A DNA stretch of 64,000 nt from Eledone cirrhosa (taxonomy: Eukaryota). The position numbers and the translations under genes were made by a program. Positions 40,308 through 54,334 of this stretch are shown one piece after another; position 1 is the first letter of the stretch; every line of letters begins with the position of its first letter. The stretch spans positions 108,066,001 through 108,130,000 of the forward strand of contig OZ024741.1 of assembly GCA_964016885.1 (NCBI GenBank), given 5' to 3'. A model generated the notes under the pieces. That model saw only the letters and a list, made by a program, of their open reading frames with translations, searched no databases and had not been told where the DNA came from.

Positions 40308-43300
40308 ATGACCCTCCCAAAGTATAACAATATCGGTTTCAACACACGATTTCAGATAAAGAATCTTGCTAAACAAATTCAGAAACGAAATATCGTAAGC
40401 CTTAGCCAGGCTAACAAGATACTGAAAACCACCATGTTCTGTTGTCTACAAAAAACCATAACATCTCGACAACTACGCTTCATAAAACTGTGCACCACTT
40501 CTAGAATCTACACCAACACCATCAATACCGACGTTAGAAGATTACAACTCACCAAAAAACAAGCAGATAGGCTAAAACGAACTTTAATCCTAAACATAAA
40601 AAAGAAGATCTATAGAGAATTAAGTCATCAAGAAAAACTAAAGCGTAACCTAATACAAGAAATATCTAAAATCACCACACCAGCAGAAAAACTAACATTT
40701 ATAAGCCTTATACGCCCCGAAGAACAGTACATTACTCAAGAATGTGATAAGCACTTTAACAGAAAATTAAAGTGGCTTAAACAGGCAAAGCTAAATCGGG
40801 ATACTATAGAGTATACCAATATATATCCCGACAAAATTGACGGTATCAACATGGCCGACACCTCATTATCTGAAGAGTTCAACAACGAAAATACCAACAT
40901 TTATGGAAACACGGAAATAGATAATAATGAAATGTCTGTGTTACGTCTGCCACCCAAATTTGCGACATTCAAGAAGGTAAATATGATTAGTTGTCTGTCA
41001 GAAATAGGAAAATCATTTACAAAACTACGCTGGAGCATCAAAAACAAAAGCAACAATATACGCACACACATATACAACACACATCCCAACAACAACAGAC
41101 ACACAGACACAAACAACAATAACAACAACAACAACACTAGCAACATACCCAGATACAACAACAACAATAGCAACATACCCAGATACAACAACAACAGACA
41201 CGCAGACACAAACAACAATAACAACACACACAACAACGATAACACACACGGAGACAACAATAACAACAACACACACATCAACAACAACAACAATAGCAAC
41301 ATACCCAGATACAACAACAACAGACACGCAGACACAAACAACAATAACAACACACACAACAACGATAACACACACACACACGGAGACAACAACAACACAC
41401 ATCAACAACAACACACATCAACAACAACAACACACACGCATTCAATGCCTCTCACCACCACCACAATCTTAACAAACACACAGACACAGAAAACAAGTAA
41501 TGACAGTAGCACAGAAATCAGAGAAATAAGAGAAAGTAATAGGATTAAAAGGAAAAGGAGATGGGAGACTAAGGACAAAGAGAATAACCAAGACGAACAC
41601 ACAGACACACAAAATAGGGTAGATAACAACATTGAGCCAGTGGAAAGAGACAGGAGTAATTATGAGAGACATAGAAACAACCATGAAGCAGAGGCTGTTG
41701 GTGGATATAGAAACAACACAACTAACAATAATAATAGCACTAGTACACATAAAGCAGCAGCCTGGAACTCTCCGTTTTATAACCCCTCCGATAAATCATT
41801 CGACCTACGACGAGTCCACGCCACGACTTTGCCATTTAACAAACGCACGCAGTTGCCGTCGCAGGTCGATGAACAAACAGAAGCACAATTTAGTATAGCT
41901 AAATCCGAACTTAGAAATATTATAGAACAGTATAGCAAGAAGCATAATAGAATAGAGGCCCAGCAACTGGGAGAAGAATCTGCAAATGGCTTGCGTAAGC
42001 TCATGCAGCGCTCGCGTAATGGAGAGATAGCATGTTTTCCAACAGACAAGTCTGGCAGAATGTCGGTTGACAGCCTACCAAACTACATCCAGGCAATGCA
42101 ACCCCACATCACTAACACAAGAGAGGTAACACCACAGGAGCATGAGGATAGAGAAAAAGCCCTCAATGCCTATATGGTGATGTGGACGAATATAATGCAG
42201 CCCAACAAAAGGACTGCCAACAACTTCCAGGCCTGAAACAAGACCATAAAACGGGCTGGGACCCTGTCGCGGGACCACCAACACGGCCAGTCTGTGGGGC
42301 TAACATTGCTAGTAACTACAGACTGTCCTACTTCCTCTCCCTGATCATACGCCCCATCATTGAGATGTCCCCAGATGTGTGTGACAGCACGGAGGACCTC
42401 CTCAGCAGAATCGGCGCGGGTAACCGATCTGGGGACCTAACAAACTGCATAATAGGCAGTATGGATGTTGTGTCCCTGTATCCATCTATTGACGTGGATT
42501 TTGCTGTGGAGAAATGCGTAGAAATGATCAGCGAGAGCAAGGTTGAGTTCCGTGGGATTGATACCAGTGAGCTGGGACTTCTACTTAAGCTTACCCATAG
42601 TAATAGTTACCTAGACACTTATGACCTTAGCAACCTGTGCCCTACAAGACCAGCAAGAGGCAGACCACCTACAATTACCTCAATGGCCAAAAAAACCCAC
42701 ACAGATAGATGGAACGGGTGGACCAGAGCCATACGGACACCCAAAAACCACGATGAACTGAAGAAAATGATTGCACATGCGGTAGGGGCCAGCATAAAAT
42801 TAAACCTTAAGGAACATATGTTCAAATTTAATGGTAAAACATATGCCCAAGAGGAAGGAGCAGCCATTGGTGTTAGCATTGCAGGCGACATAGCTAACTT
42901 ATTCATGGTATAGTGGGACAGTAGACTTAAACAAAAACTTAATGAACAATTAGAAGACAGCTTAACCCTGATAATGTACTCCCGCTACGTAGATGATATA
43001 AACATCGTAGTTAAGACACCCCCACTAAAGAACAGTCAGTAACTAGAGAAAAACACAATGGAAGCATCCAGCAAATAGCAAACTCCATCCACCAGAGCAT
43101 TAGAGTTACAATAGACTACCCAAGTAGACACCCCAACCATCGATTACCTGTACTAGACACAGAGCTCTGGTTAGATACCATTAACAACCAAAAACAAATC
43201 CTCCATTCCCATTATGCCAAACCCATGACTTCCAAACATCTGATCCACCGAAACTCGGCCATTTCGGACCATACCAAAATCAACATACTGATTGCGGATT

Positions 43301-44115
43301 TGGTTCGGGTGATGAGAAATGTGTCCCGCATGTGCAACCCCGAAGAACTAGAGAGACACATACAACACTTCATCCACCGTATGCAGTTCTCTGGCTACAA
43401 TCAGAGAGATAGAATCAGAGTGTATAAAGGAGCCAGAACCAAATGGGAAAAAATGGTAAATAATGACATAAATGGGACCTGCCCCTTGTATAGGAGCAAA
43501 TTTTGGAATAGAATAGAAATAACTAGGAATAAGGCCAATAGAATAAACTCATGGTATGATAGCAATAAATACCAGAGTGTAATGTTCATCAATACAGCCC
43601 CTAGAGGTGAACTAGCCTACAAATTTAGAAGGGCCCTAAATAAACATAATCTCAATATTAAGATAGTAGAAAGACCTGGTACCTCCGTAAAAACACTTAT
43701 TAGCAAGACATACCCGTTCCAAAGACCCTCATGTATAGATAAGAAATGTATAACCTGTAAAATAAGCCCCCATATTAACTGTAAAACTAGAAATGTAGTG
43801 TATAGCATAAGATGTACTGAAGGACAATGTAGAAACAAAAATATAGTGTACATAGGTGAGACAGCTCGTAGTATAGGGGAACGAATAAATGAACACTGGC
43901 GAGACCTCCAAGATAATAAAGAATCATCTGTGCTCTACCAACATGCTAAGATAGAACACAGGGGTAGATTAGAGAGCATAGAAATAAAAATAGAATCCAC
44001 ACACAGAAAAGACGCAATGTTTAGGCAAATTACAGAGGCAGTAAGCATAAAAGAATTAAAACCAAAATTAAATAGAAAATATGAGTGGAACAGCAACATC
44101 ACAACTTACAATTAA
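40308..44115 (+). pseudogene. PLE polyprotein (N-terminal domain, Asn-rich insert, RT, GIY-YIG), disrupted
   Basis: LRLPPKF..TDKSGR; GLKQDHK..PTRPVCGA; SMDVVSLYPSI; GAAIGVSIAGDIANLFMV*WD; RYVDDI; LPVLDTELW; VVYSIRC..YIGET..R..RQITEA..LN; frameshifts ~42235 and ~43065, stops at 42911 and 43040. Confidence 0.92.
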
Positions 44116-45131
44116 GGACAAAATGAAAACACACACACACATAGAACAAACAACTTACAATTGAAAACACACACAAAATGAAAACACACACAGGACAAAA
44201 TGAAAACACACACACACATAGAACAAACAACCAACCAACAATAAATAAATAAATAAATAAACAAATAGAAAAATATAAATAGAAAAATAGAAAAATGAAC
44301 ACAAACACACACAGACACCCGGATGTGGCGCATGCGCAAACTGAACACACAACACACACACAGAAACAAAATGGCGTAGGATAGAAGAAAGGAAAGGCAC
44401 AGAAACGAAGAAAGGAATCCCCAGTAATTGAAGAGGTCACAGAGTGTGTGACGAAAGGACTATGACTATATATATAAACAACTATCTGGTTGTGGAACCA
44501 ACCAACCAACCAGAAATTTATAAGTTTGTAAATTTGTAAATTTGTAAATTTGTAAATTTGTAAATTTGTAAATTTATAAATTTATAAATATATAATAAAT
44601 TGAAGTGAAAGCAACTGGTGCGTGTGTTTCTTATTGGCAACATGACCCTCCCAAAGTATAACAATATCGGTTTCAACACACGATTTCAGATAAAGAATCT
44701 TGCTAAACAAATTCAGAAACGAAATATATATATATACATATACACATATATATATATATGCAAACATACTGATTGTAGAGATAGTTGAAGTTTTTTTATG
44801 ACAGGATAGTGAGTTGCATAATATATACTGGAGTAATTGGAGTTATATACACAGTTGTCTGCCATTTAGTTGGTGTTGTATATTGGGAATTTATTAGGGT
44901 GTCTATATCATTTAAATCTTTTCATTGTATAATGTAATAGATCAAACAGGTGTTTATTGACTCTATGTAGGTCAGTGTGGTCTTTTAATTAAGGTGTAGT
45001 CTTATAATCATGAAGGTCTATTTGGATAGATGAAGGTCTAGTTGGATAAATGAAGGTCTAGTTGGATAAACTACATGTTGGTGGTCTAGTGTTATCTCCG
45101 ACATTGGTCTTTATTTTTATTTTTATTATAA

Positions 45132-45540
45132 TTAGTTGCTAGGTTTGAAGTAGTGGAACGAGAATCTATGGTAATGCGGACACGTGTAGAAGATCTCTGA
45201 TTTCCTATTTAGTAGGCTAAGGTTAGAGTGAATAATATTTTTAGACTCGAGGATGCAAAGGTTACAAAATTTGCTATCACTTCCCATTTTAGGGTGTATG
45301 GTATATTACTTGATTTTAATGAGTGTATGTATGTGGATATTGAGGCTGCGTTCCTAAGTTTAGGGTTTCTGAACGAATTAAGGTGTGAATTATATCTGGT
45401 CTTAAAGCTATTCGATGTAGAGCCTATTTATATTTTCGAGATGTGATTGGTGGTTACACTACCGGAGTAGACAATGTCTTTAATTAGGCAGTTCTTATTT
45501 AATGGACATGTCTTGTTAGGCGTACAGTTACAATCGTTTT
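45132..45540 (-). pseudogene. 3' fragment of a second Naiad-like PLE (GIY-YIG)
   Basis: Manual translation: DCNCTPNKTCPLNKNCLIKDIVYS..*IGSTSNSFKTRYNSH..LKWEVIA / FCNLCILE..LLNRKSEIFYTCPH. Confidence 0.8.
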
Positions 45541-45768
45541 GTTTACCAGTATACTGTGTTTCTGCTTGTCATTTTTTTGCTTGTGCTTTTTGCTTTTACT
45601 TATACCTATTACACTTCCAACCAGTGCTGCCTGTAATTGGGTTATTTCAAGCGTAACATATTTTTAACTCCTGAATCTCCACATGATGCCTTTGACACTA
45701 ATAACAACTATGTACCCTAAATGTTCTAAATGACTAGGATCTAGTTACATGTTTTCGACATTCCTAAT

Positions 45769-45813
45769 GCTCCGATGATTCCAGACTTCCCTCTGGAAGA
45801 AACAATTGTCAGC
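45769..45813 (+). ncRNA. HHR with U4C core (CCGATGA)
   Basis: GCT-CCGATGA-TTCCAGA-CTTCCC-TCTGGAA-GAAA-CAATTG-TC-AGC; 7-bp stem II, palindromic ACAATTGT. Confidence 0.7.
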
Positions 45814-46900
45814 TAATAAATGTTCTAAACTAAAATTTGATCGTTTTAACACTTTGTATATATATATATATTAATTAAAATGATCGAATTATGATTGAAA
45901 CAGCTTCATGGAATATAGTATATTGAATAAACTAATGCAGATAATGAATGTACTTTATTACACCCCACTAGATAATACATAAAATACGAAATTCACTTCA
46001 TAAAAGCGATGAATTGATGATATTTATCTTTAATATGAGCTTTTGGCAAGACTGCAAATTCTTCTGGTATCAAATTAAAAAACTAAATTAGTAGTCTATT
46101 CCCTATTTAGATTAGGAATGTCTTTGCTAAAACGCTGAGTAATATATTGATAAAGCTGAAGTATATGTTTCTATGGTGCTATGATAGAACTATTACATTT
46201 TACAATTCTAGATTGTTACCGTTATTAAATGTTTGAAAATCCGAACCTCTAAATCCAGATGTTGATTATTTTTTAATTTTCTCAATATAGCATTGAAACT
46301 ACAAGTACATAGCAATGTAAATCTAAATGCTGCGACAAATTTAGTTGTAGTGATTTATAAAATCAAAAATTCAAACATTAAAATTGCAGTGTCCTATCTA
46401 ATAGAAAATAAACCGTACGATTACTGAGACCGTGGAAGCACATCTGGATAATTTGTCCCCAGGGCAAAATACTGGGCAAGATTGTTTTGTGGAAAAAAAA
46501 GCAGTTACTTATGTATGTACGTGCCCCCCTCTCTATGCCCCTGCAAGAGAAAGACAAGGAAAGATACAGCTTGGCACCGGTGACGTCGCAAGTGACCTCA
46601 GAACGTAAAGGGTTGAAAGAGACACCGCAAAGCATCGCCTTCAATAATCTAATAACTCGTCAGTCTACTGCTGTGTATTGTGACTTTATCGACATCGAAA
46701 GGCTGAAGAGCAAATTTGACCTCAACTTAATTTGAACACAGAGTGTAAAGAGTAGGGACACATGCTGCGTGGCTTTTGTACTGGTGATATCACTGCCTTT
46801 TCAAACGAAATATATTACATGTCACAGACTTCATTGTGACATATAAAGTCATGATAAATATCGGTTATCTGTTAACATTCTGGTATCTCTAAGACCTGGC

Positions 46901-48590
46901 CAGCGCTGCTGAAGTTGGTACGTTTGTACAAATGTCATACTATTTGCCCGTAATTTGACTTTTCTGTACGTTTGTTACCATGTCCGAATTATTTGGTACG
47001 TTTTAGAGATTGTATTTGCTCTGCAAATTTGGCTTAATTGACATTCTAATAACACCAATTAATGATTAACCAGTTATCAGCTATTATGACTTTTACATCG
47101 AAAAGCTTTCCATTGTTCGTATTTGCCCACCAGATCTCACTCGACATCAATAACTCTTTTCCATAGTATTTCATATCAGTAGCCAAGCATCTTCTGTATC
47201 ATCCTGATAGCCAATAACATACTATTAGCTCCAATAATAACATATTATTGGCTTAGAATCTATCAGTGGACGTTTTACGTGAATAGATTCCACTGACAAT
47301 ACATAAGAATATCTAAATATAGATGGAATAAGACGAATTATTGGAAGACAACCATATCAGTTCAGTTTAAGCAGTTGTCTCACAGCTTGCAGTATGCTTT
47401 GGTGCCATCTTTCAATATCTGAACTGTTTGGCTTTTGAGAAACATTTTGAACCCCACATGAGTGAAAAAAAAAGTGTATATAGAATATAATTCTAATAGT
47501 GAAGGAAATGACACTTCGCGGGAGAAAAAAACTGGTATCCACTTTCTATGAAAGAAAAATTCTTTCAAAATTATTAAATGATGAGAAATGTTCACAGTTG
47601 TTGGAACTGAGAAAAACGAACTCAAGTAAAGAATACTGTAAATTGTGCAATTGTGAGATAGCTGGTAGATTGTCAAATAGTAAGGCACAAAGAGATTGAA
47701 AAAACAACAAAAGATTGCGAAAGTAGCGAAACAAACAGTGAATATTATAGATTCTATAACACCTGCTCAATGTTCTGCGCACTTATCGAAAATAGCATTA
47801 GCTGAGCTGAAACTGTACAGATTTATTGCTGAGCACAACCTATCCATTGTTGTTGTGGATCATTTGCTTGGCCTTATTGAGAACGTCTGCTCTGATTAAA
47901 ACATCGCCAAGACATCAAATACGCCAGAACTAAAGGAACTTGAATTTTTTTCAATTGTGATTGGTCTCTATGCTGTCAATGATTTATTTTCTAAGCTAAA
48001 TTCAGCAATGTTCTCCCGAATTGTAGATGAAACAATGGCTATTTCGATGAACAAGAAACTTGTTCAAATAGCTTATTACCTGACCAATGTTAGTGAAGGT
48101 AAACCCAAACCGAGCATATCATTGGCACTGGCATTTTTTAGCCTTGTGCATGGAAACCAATAACAAATAAATAGAGAATAGAGGGAAATGTTTCTGCAAG
48201 GTGCATCTCTTAATGTACAACATGTCCCTGGGAAATACCTGTTTCTTGTTACTCAAGAAAAATATGGTGACATATATCACTACCCATTACTATCTACGTT
48301 CATGACGCAACTTCGTTTATTGCAGCATTCTTCAGCAGCTGCAGAAAGTGTTATTCCCTTCTCAATAACATTAAAACAAACAAGCAAACAAAAATGCAAT
48401 TCTTTAAAAACCTTATCAATAAATGCTCTGCTAACATCAAAATCTCTGCTGCAAAATCTTAACTTTGTCTCAAACTAGAAGAAAAAGATTGATGCAGCAA
48501 TAAAAGTGTGGAAGAAGACATTTCTTTTTAATTAATATATATAAAGTTAATGTTAAACATTTTCTATTTTTTATATTTGTGAGGGTTCAC

Positions 48591-48632
<42 letters not shown>

Positions 48633-49063
48633 TTACCGCCATTTCTTCCCGCTACCAAGGGTTAGACGAGTTGCCCCTTTGTGATACAAGTCAGATCAAA
48701 TACAAAACTGTTTCTGGATGCCATTCCCAATGCTAACCACATTTAAAACATGGACTGTGTGCTTTTTATCGTGGCACCAAAACGATCAACTTACGGTGTG
48801 AACTGGGGGCTGAGATGGGGTAGGTGTATGTATGTAGAGTCAAGATTGGAGTGGTACATCTAGGGACAAGCGTTTAGGCAGTGAAGTGTGGTGTGTTAGG
48901 ACGTGGATGAAGGATGGAGTGTTAGGACGTGGAAGAAGGATGGAATATTAGGACGTGGGAGGTGTATGGAAAGGGGTAATTTGATTTGGTACGTTTTAGT
49001 ATATTTTGGTGCTTTGTAAACAGAGCTTTTGGTACTATTGAGAAAAAAGTTTCGGCAGCCCTG
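46901..49063 (+). mobile_element. Decayed hAT DNA transposon
   Basis: TIRs CAGCGCTGCTGAA / TTCGGCAGCCCTG; 8-bp TSD GACCTGGC versus CACATGGC; subterminal TTGGTAC repeats; transposase remnants CKLC, FIAEHNLS..DHL, FS..VDET, YPLL..QHSSAAAE. Confidence 0.85.
48590..48790 (-). mobile_element. SINE with (ATG)n tail nested in the hAT element
   Basis: (CAT)n followed by reverse-orientation sequence resembling the 24590-24770 SINE tail. Confidence 0.5.
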
Positions 49064-50039
49064 CACATGGCATATATTGGGAATATATACTTAAAATATT
49101 ATCAAGCCATTTTGATATCATTGAAATATATTTACTGTGCTATATTTTATATTTTCATATTATCATGTAGAAGGAGCCTTGTATAAATTTTCCTTACTTG
49201 CATTAATAGATATACTCGATCTGCTAGATATTTACATCGCGTATCGAAGAAAATTACCTTCTTTCAATTGTTACTTTGCCCAAATGTTTTTTTACATGGG
49301 GGATGATTTAGATATTTGCTTTGTAATCGAGATCTCTGCCCAAGATCCCACTGCATGGCATCTTGGGCAGATATGTTTACAACAGATCGAGATTGACCCA
49401 AGATTGCCAGTAAAATAATGAGTAGGAAACTGTGTGGAATCCAATCAGATGAATTGTAACTATAATTTGAAGTCCAATGTTTATTCATTTATTGTGTCAC
49501 AATAATTCAGCTTGTGGATTACATTAAAGTTATATGGTCCTGTGGAATACTCATCCATTTACAGACGCTAATTCATGAGTTGGACGCTGAAATGATTGAA
49601 AAGCTGACTGTTCTTCGTCTAAATAGACGGAGAATCGATCATCATCACCATTTCTACAAAGAATAGAAAGGTGTAGAAATAACACTAAATTAGATTCACA
49701 TGATAAGAAATATAGTGAAGATTTCCACAGGAAGAACAATCAAACTCCATTGCAATTTATAATAATAGCCCGGAAGATAGATTTCATTGCCAAACTCATG
49801 GTCAATTATTTGATGTCGATGACATAGTAACAATATGAGAGAATTATATTAATTACAGCAACAATCTATTTTAAAATGTTAGTTTCATTCCGTAATTAAA
49901 AAGTGTAAAAGCAAAATCAGTAAAATTGCCGATGTAATTACTCTTTTCATTATTAATTCATTCAGAATTATTTAAGTGGATTAATTAACAGGATTAATTT
50001 CCCACATGCATGCACACATGCAAATAACAATAATAATAA

Positions 50040-50515
50040 TTGTTTCTACTTTTGGCACAAGGCCAGCAATTACCCAGTGCATTACTGGTGCTTTATTTTA
50101 TCAACCCCGTAATGATGAAAGGCAGTTAACCTTGCCGGGATTAGAACACCGACCGTAAATGGTCGTAACTCTATGTTGCAAAGCATGGCATCCGACCCTC
50201 TACAGATACTGCCAATTCAGATTTAGGCATAAGGTCAACAATGTTTTGGGGCGGAGGGATCGATTAGATCGACCCTAGTGCGTTACTGGTAATGTTTATA
50301 TTAACAATGATTTCTAGTATAGGCACAAGGCCAGTAATTTTGAAGGAGGGGAAAGTCGATTAAACGACCCCAGTGCATTACTCGTGTTTTAGTTTATCGA
50401 CCCCGTATGGATGAAAGGCAAAGCTAACCTCGGCGGGATTTGAACTCAGAACGTAAAGGGCCATAGATCTATGCTGATATCATGGCGTCCGACGCTGTAC
50501 CGACGCTGCCAATCT
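50040..50515 (-). mobile_element. Cluster of 2-3 tRNA-SINE copies
   Basis: Matches to the 27846 family at 50040-50215 and 50310-50515. Confidence 0.8.
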
Positions 50516-50559
50516 ACTGGCCTTGTGCTTATAGTAAAACTCATTGTTATTATTATTAT

Positions 50560-51940
50560 TATTTGTTTATTGTCTACAGGGGCCGAAAGATAATGGACAG
50601 TACAAAAGAAAAGGGACAGTGAAGATTTACATAAAAAAAAGTGTAAACAAAGAAAACAGAAAACAAGAATAAATTAAAACACAATTCCCCAATATGGCCA
50701 GCATCATCCAGGGAAATTTAGGAACCCCACAGATCTAAACCCACCTTAAACAAGAAGGGTACTCTAGAAGGAGTCCCAGCCTCACTGAACTCTCCTACAG
50801 GTTTATACTCAGTGCATGCCCATTCACACGCTATATTCACTCACCATTTAGCAAATGTATTGGTTGGCATTTTTCCCATTGTCACCCTCACTTTCCTTTC
50901 CAAGTGGAAGTTGAAATGTCTATGAGGGATTCACCAAAGAGAAATGTATCTGTTTACAGTTTTTTCAGTGGCGTCCACCATACTACTTCTTTCGCTACAG
51001 CCACTCAACAGAGGAAAGCTGCCTTCCCGACCAAAGGAAGATGATAGGGTGATATGCACGATGGAATGGGTTGATAATTGTATCCGTAATACATGTGAAA
51101 ACAGCTTGTCGACAAAACTCCTAAAGTCAACAATGCACGAAAACTTGCCGAGTACGTGGAGAACAGATTCGTCGCTCTACACGAATATCGGCCTGCTCAA
51201 TCTAACAGCATTTCTGTGCCTGTTGATTTTGATTTAAACCGACAGTGCATCCGGGGAGTAGGGCCAACCCAGGGATTTCAGTAAATTATCCATAAGCCAA
51301 GGACCGACATTTACCCGGAGCAGATTGGCTAATTTGTTTTCGTCGACGCCTTGAGTCTCCCCGAGAATGTAATCGCACCTGCCCGCCACTAGTTCTTTAT
51401 AGAACTCTAACGTGGAATTTCAATTGAATGCATTGTCTGATTTTGAGAAGGGTGTGAGCACCTGTCATCATTCCAGATATTCAGCACCCAGATCGACCTT
51501 CTCTAATAGATGATGAATGGGAATATACGATTTTTATGTTGACCCTAAACAGAAGATGGCCACAAATAGAGGCAGTATGAAATGAAGACGGGCTGTACAT
51601 GACAATTGGAATATCTGTCAATTGTTCATATTTTTTTCGTAAAGTTATGTCATCAAGTACATGTATTTTAATCCTTGTTTTCCAGCCAGTCACATGGAAC
51701 AGAATCAAAAGGCTTCCTGTACGATCCAGGTACGTATCACCTAATTTTTGTTTAATTTTCCGTATACAGTTTTCTTAAGAGAGATATTCTCAATGACCAG
51801 GAAGGACTGCGACATCTTTCAATGTCTAGTATCAGTGATTCTAATTCGTTTAAGGACCATCGAGACAGGTAGAGTGGACGAAAGAGGAAGGAATACTTGT
51901 ATCTGGATCCTGGCTCCAATATTTGTAACAGAGTAGATTC
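50560..51940 (-). mobile_element. Decayed L1/Tx1-like LINE 3' region
   Basis: Fragmentary SDESVLHVL..DFRSFVDKL and FHLERKVRV-like C-terminal motifs. Confidence 0.5.
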
Positions 51941-53433
51941 TATTCAACACACACAAGCACTAGGAAGGGGTGTTAATCCAGTATACCAAATAAATCTAGC
52001 ACACATGCCTATACTTGGTCCTTCAGCCTGCTAGAAATAGCAGCCAAGTATCTCCACTTCACGTCTACTAAAGTGTGTCCGTCTCCTACTCCGTTATATA
52101 TATCCCAGCTCCTTCCTACAAGAGTTTTTTGGAATTCCAGCCTTTTCCTCCAAGCTCATAAAGCAAACAAATAAATATGATTAAATGTTTCGTTGATTTT
52201 GTAAGCTAATTACTAAAATGTTCTATGTACACGCTAAACAAGGAGAGTATATAGTTAATAGGTATTTAATGTTTTATTTTCTTAATTGTTATCATTTACA
52301 CTTTAGACACTTTTCTATATTTAGTGGTAATATTTCCATGAAAAGCACTTGAAATGTTGGCTGGTTATATATTTCATAAAAACGATTGAAAATGGAAAAG
52401 GAAATTACGAAAACACTTTATCAATTTATAGACAATATGTAGTTAGACCTATGTCTATGTAAGAACAAACATTGCCATACATATAGTTACATTATACATA
52501 GTAATATATATATACATACACATATAGTTACTTGCATTTCGACATATATAGTTACTTTCACAGTTGGACACACAACTACACTCACCTATACATACAAATA
52601 TAGATACATTCATACAAACATATATAAAACATAACATACATAGTAATATATGTACATACAAATAGAGTTACATCGTATCATATATAGTTACGTACATAGT
52701 TGCATATATATTTACATACATATTTTGAGGTACACCTACAACTTTACAAATATACATACATACATACATATATGAATACAAATACATTACTCACTATAGA
52801 AGTTAGTTTTAATGGCGGCAACAACAATCTTTAGGAAGGCAGTTATATGGTTGAAAATCGTTAGCCGCTGTTTTCTTGTTATAGGATATTGCCAATGGTG
52901 TCGATTTCCGGTAATAACCGGATACTGCGAAGAAAGTGTTAATATCTAACAATCTATTTTTACATGCTTCTTATTTCTTCCCTGTCTATTGACCGTTTTT
53001 CTTATTTTATAATCAATCGTTTCGAAATAGCTTTTCCATGGAAGTTAAAACAGAAGGAACGGTGCATTGCTTATGTGTATATATATATAGAGAGAGAATT
53101 GTTTATTTTTCTAGTTATTTCTGAAAAATTTCCAATGAAATTTCAAATAAAATTTCAAGAAAAGTTACACACTTTAGAAATCATGATAAAAAATAGTTAT
53201 AAAATGCAATCCAAATATATCAATTACATTCAGAGATGCATTTTATGAGTTAGTTTGATCAGTAGAAAAGGACAGTGCCATTGGTCATGGTATGGTCTTC
53301 GAGAATGTTACTCCTGCATAGTTGCAATTTTGACGGCTGAAAAAACAAATAAAAAAAGTAAAGAAATGCAAGCGCACCGAGTCAATGATGGAGGTTTAAA
53401 ATTCCGGAAAGAACGAATTGTGTTTTGAAATTA

Positions 53434-53620
53434 ATTGTTTCTACTTTAGGCACAATGCCAGCAATTACCCAGTACATTACTGGTACTTTATTTTATCGAC
53501 CCCGTAAGGATGAAAGGCAAAGTTAACATCGGCGGGATTTGAACTCAGACTGTAAAGGGACGTAACTATGCTAGAAAGCATAGCGTCCGACTCTCTACCG
53601 ATACTGCCAATTCCCCGCCC
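53434..53620 (-). mobile_element. tRNA-SINE (27846 family), full length
   Basis: Starts GGGCGGGGAATTGGCAGTATCGG on the minus strand; B box GAGTTCAAATCCC. Confidence 0.85.
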
Positions 53621-54235
53621 TTGTTTTGAAATTAATGGGAGTTGGAAAGAGTACATGTGTGGAGAGAAAGATGGATATGTGAGTCGGAAGTGTTTCAGTT
53701 AATGTGGAAGCAGACCAGCAAACCCCGAAGAGCAGAAGCCAGTATATAGTGTTAGAAAAGACAGATTCGGGATAAATGTTGGAGGGTGTTTCTTTCTGAG
53801 TATATTCATGCCAATCAGTTGATTAGTCTATATTTAGGCGAGTTCTCTTGCATATTTCATGGAACTAAAACATTATTGTGTGTCCCAGCTGCACTTCATA
53901 CAGGGTTAGTAACTGCTGGTAACTGTACTATGTTCTGACTTTGATGGGGAGTTATGGGTTTGTGACATGATCTCTGCTTTATTGGTGGTGTACATATACT
54001 AGGACAGACTCTCAGTGAAAATAAGTTATAGCAGTTAAAGATATCGTGAGGACAATTGTTTCGTGTTCTTCATATTTGTGGGTTTGTAGGGGTTACGCCC
54101 CCTTGATATGTGTTGTGGTTGTGTTGTTGTGCTGTTAAAGCAAACAAGTTTGTCTAAATATTATTGAATGTTGTTTTTTGAATTCCTGAAAATGTGTATG
54201 TATGTGTTCGTGTGTATGTGTGTGTGTATGCGTGT

Positions 54236-54334
<99 letters not shown>

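Larger units (their letters stand above)
38782..44725 (+). mobile_element. Apparently full-length Penelope-like element with two direct pLTRs and an inverted 3' copy at its 5' end
   Basis: pLTR 39929-40390 = 44238-44725 (3'UTR plus ORF start); 38782-39931 = reverse complement of 43502-44665; (TA)n on both flanks. Confidence 0.95.

Noticed and set aside
42234-42236. TGA ending the 650-aa ORF as a recoding site or ORF1/ORF2 boundary
   Set aside because: Conserved motifs resume in another frame (GLKQDHK), consistent with a deletion frameshift in a single-ORF PLE
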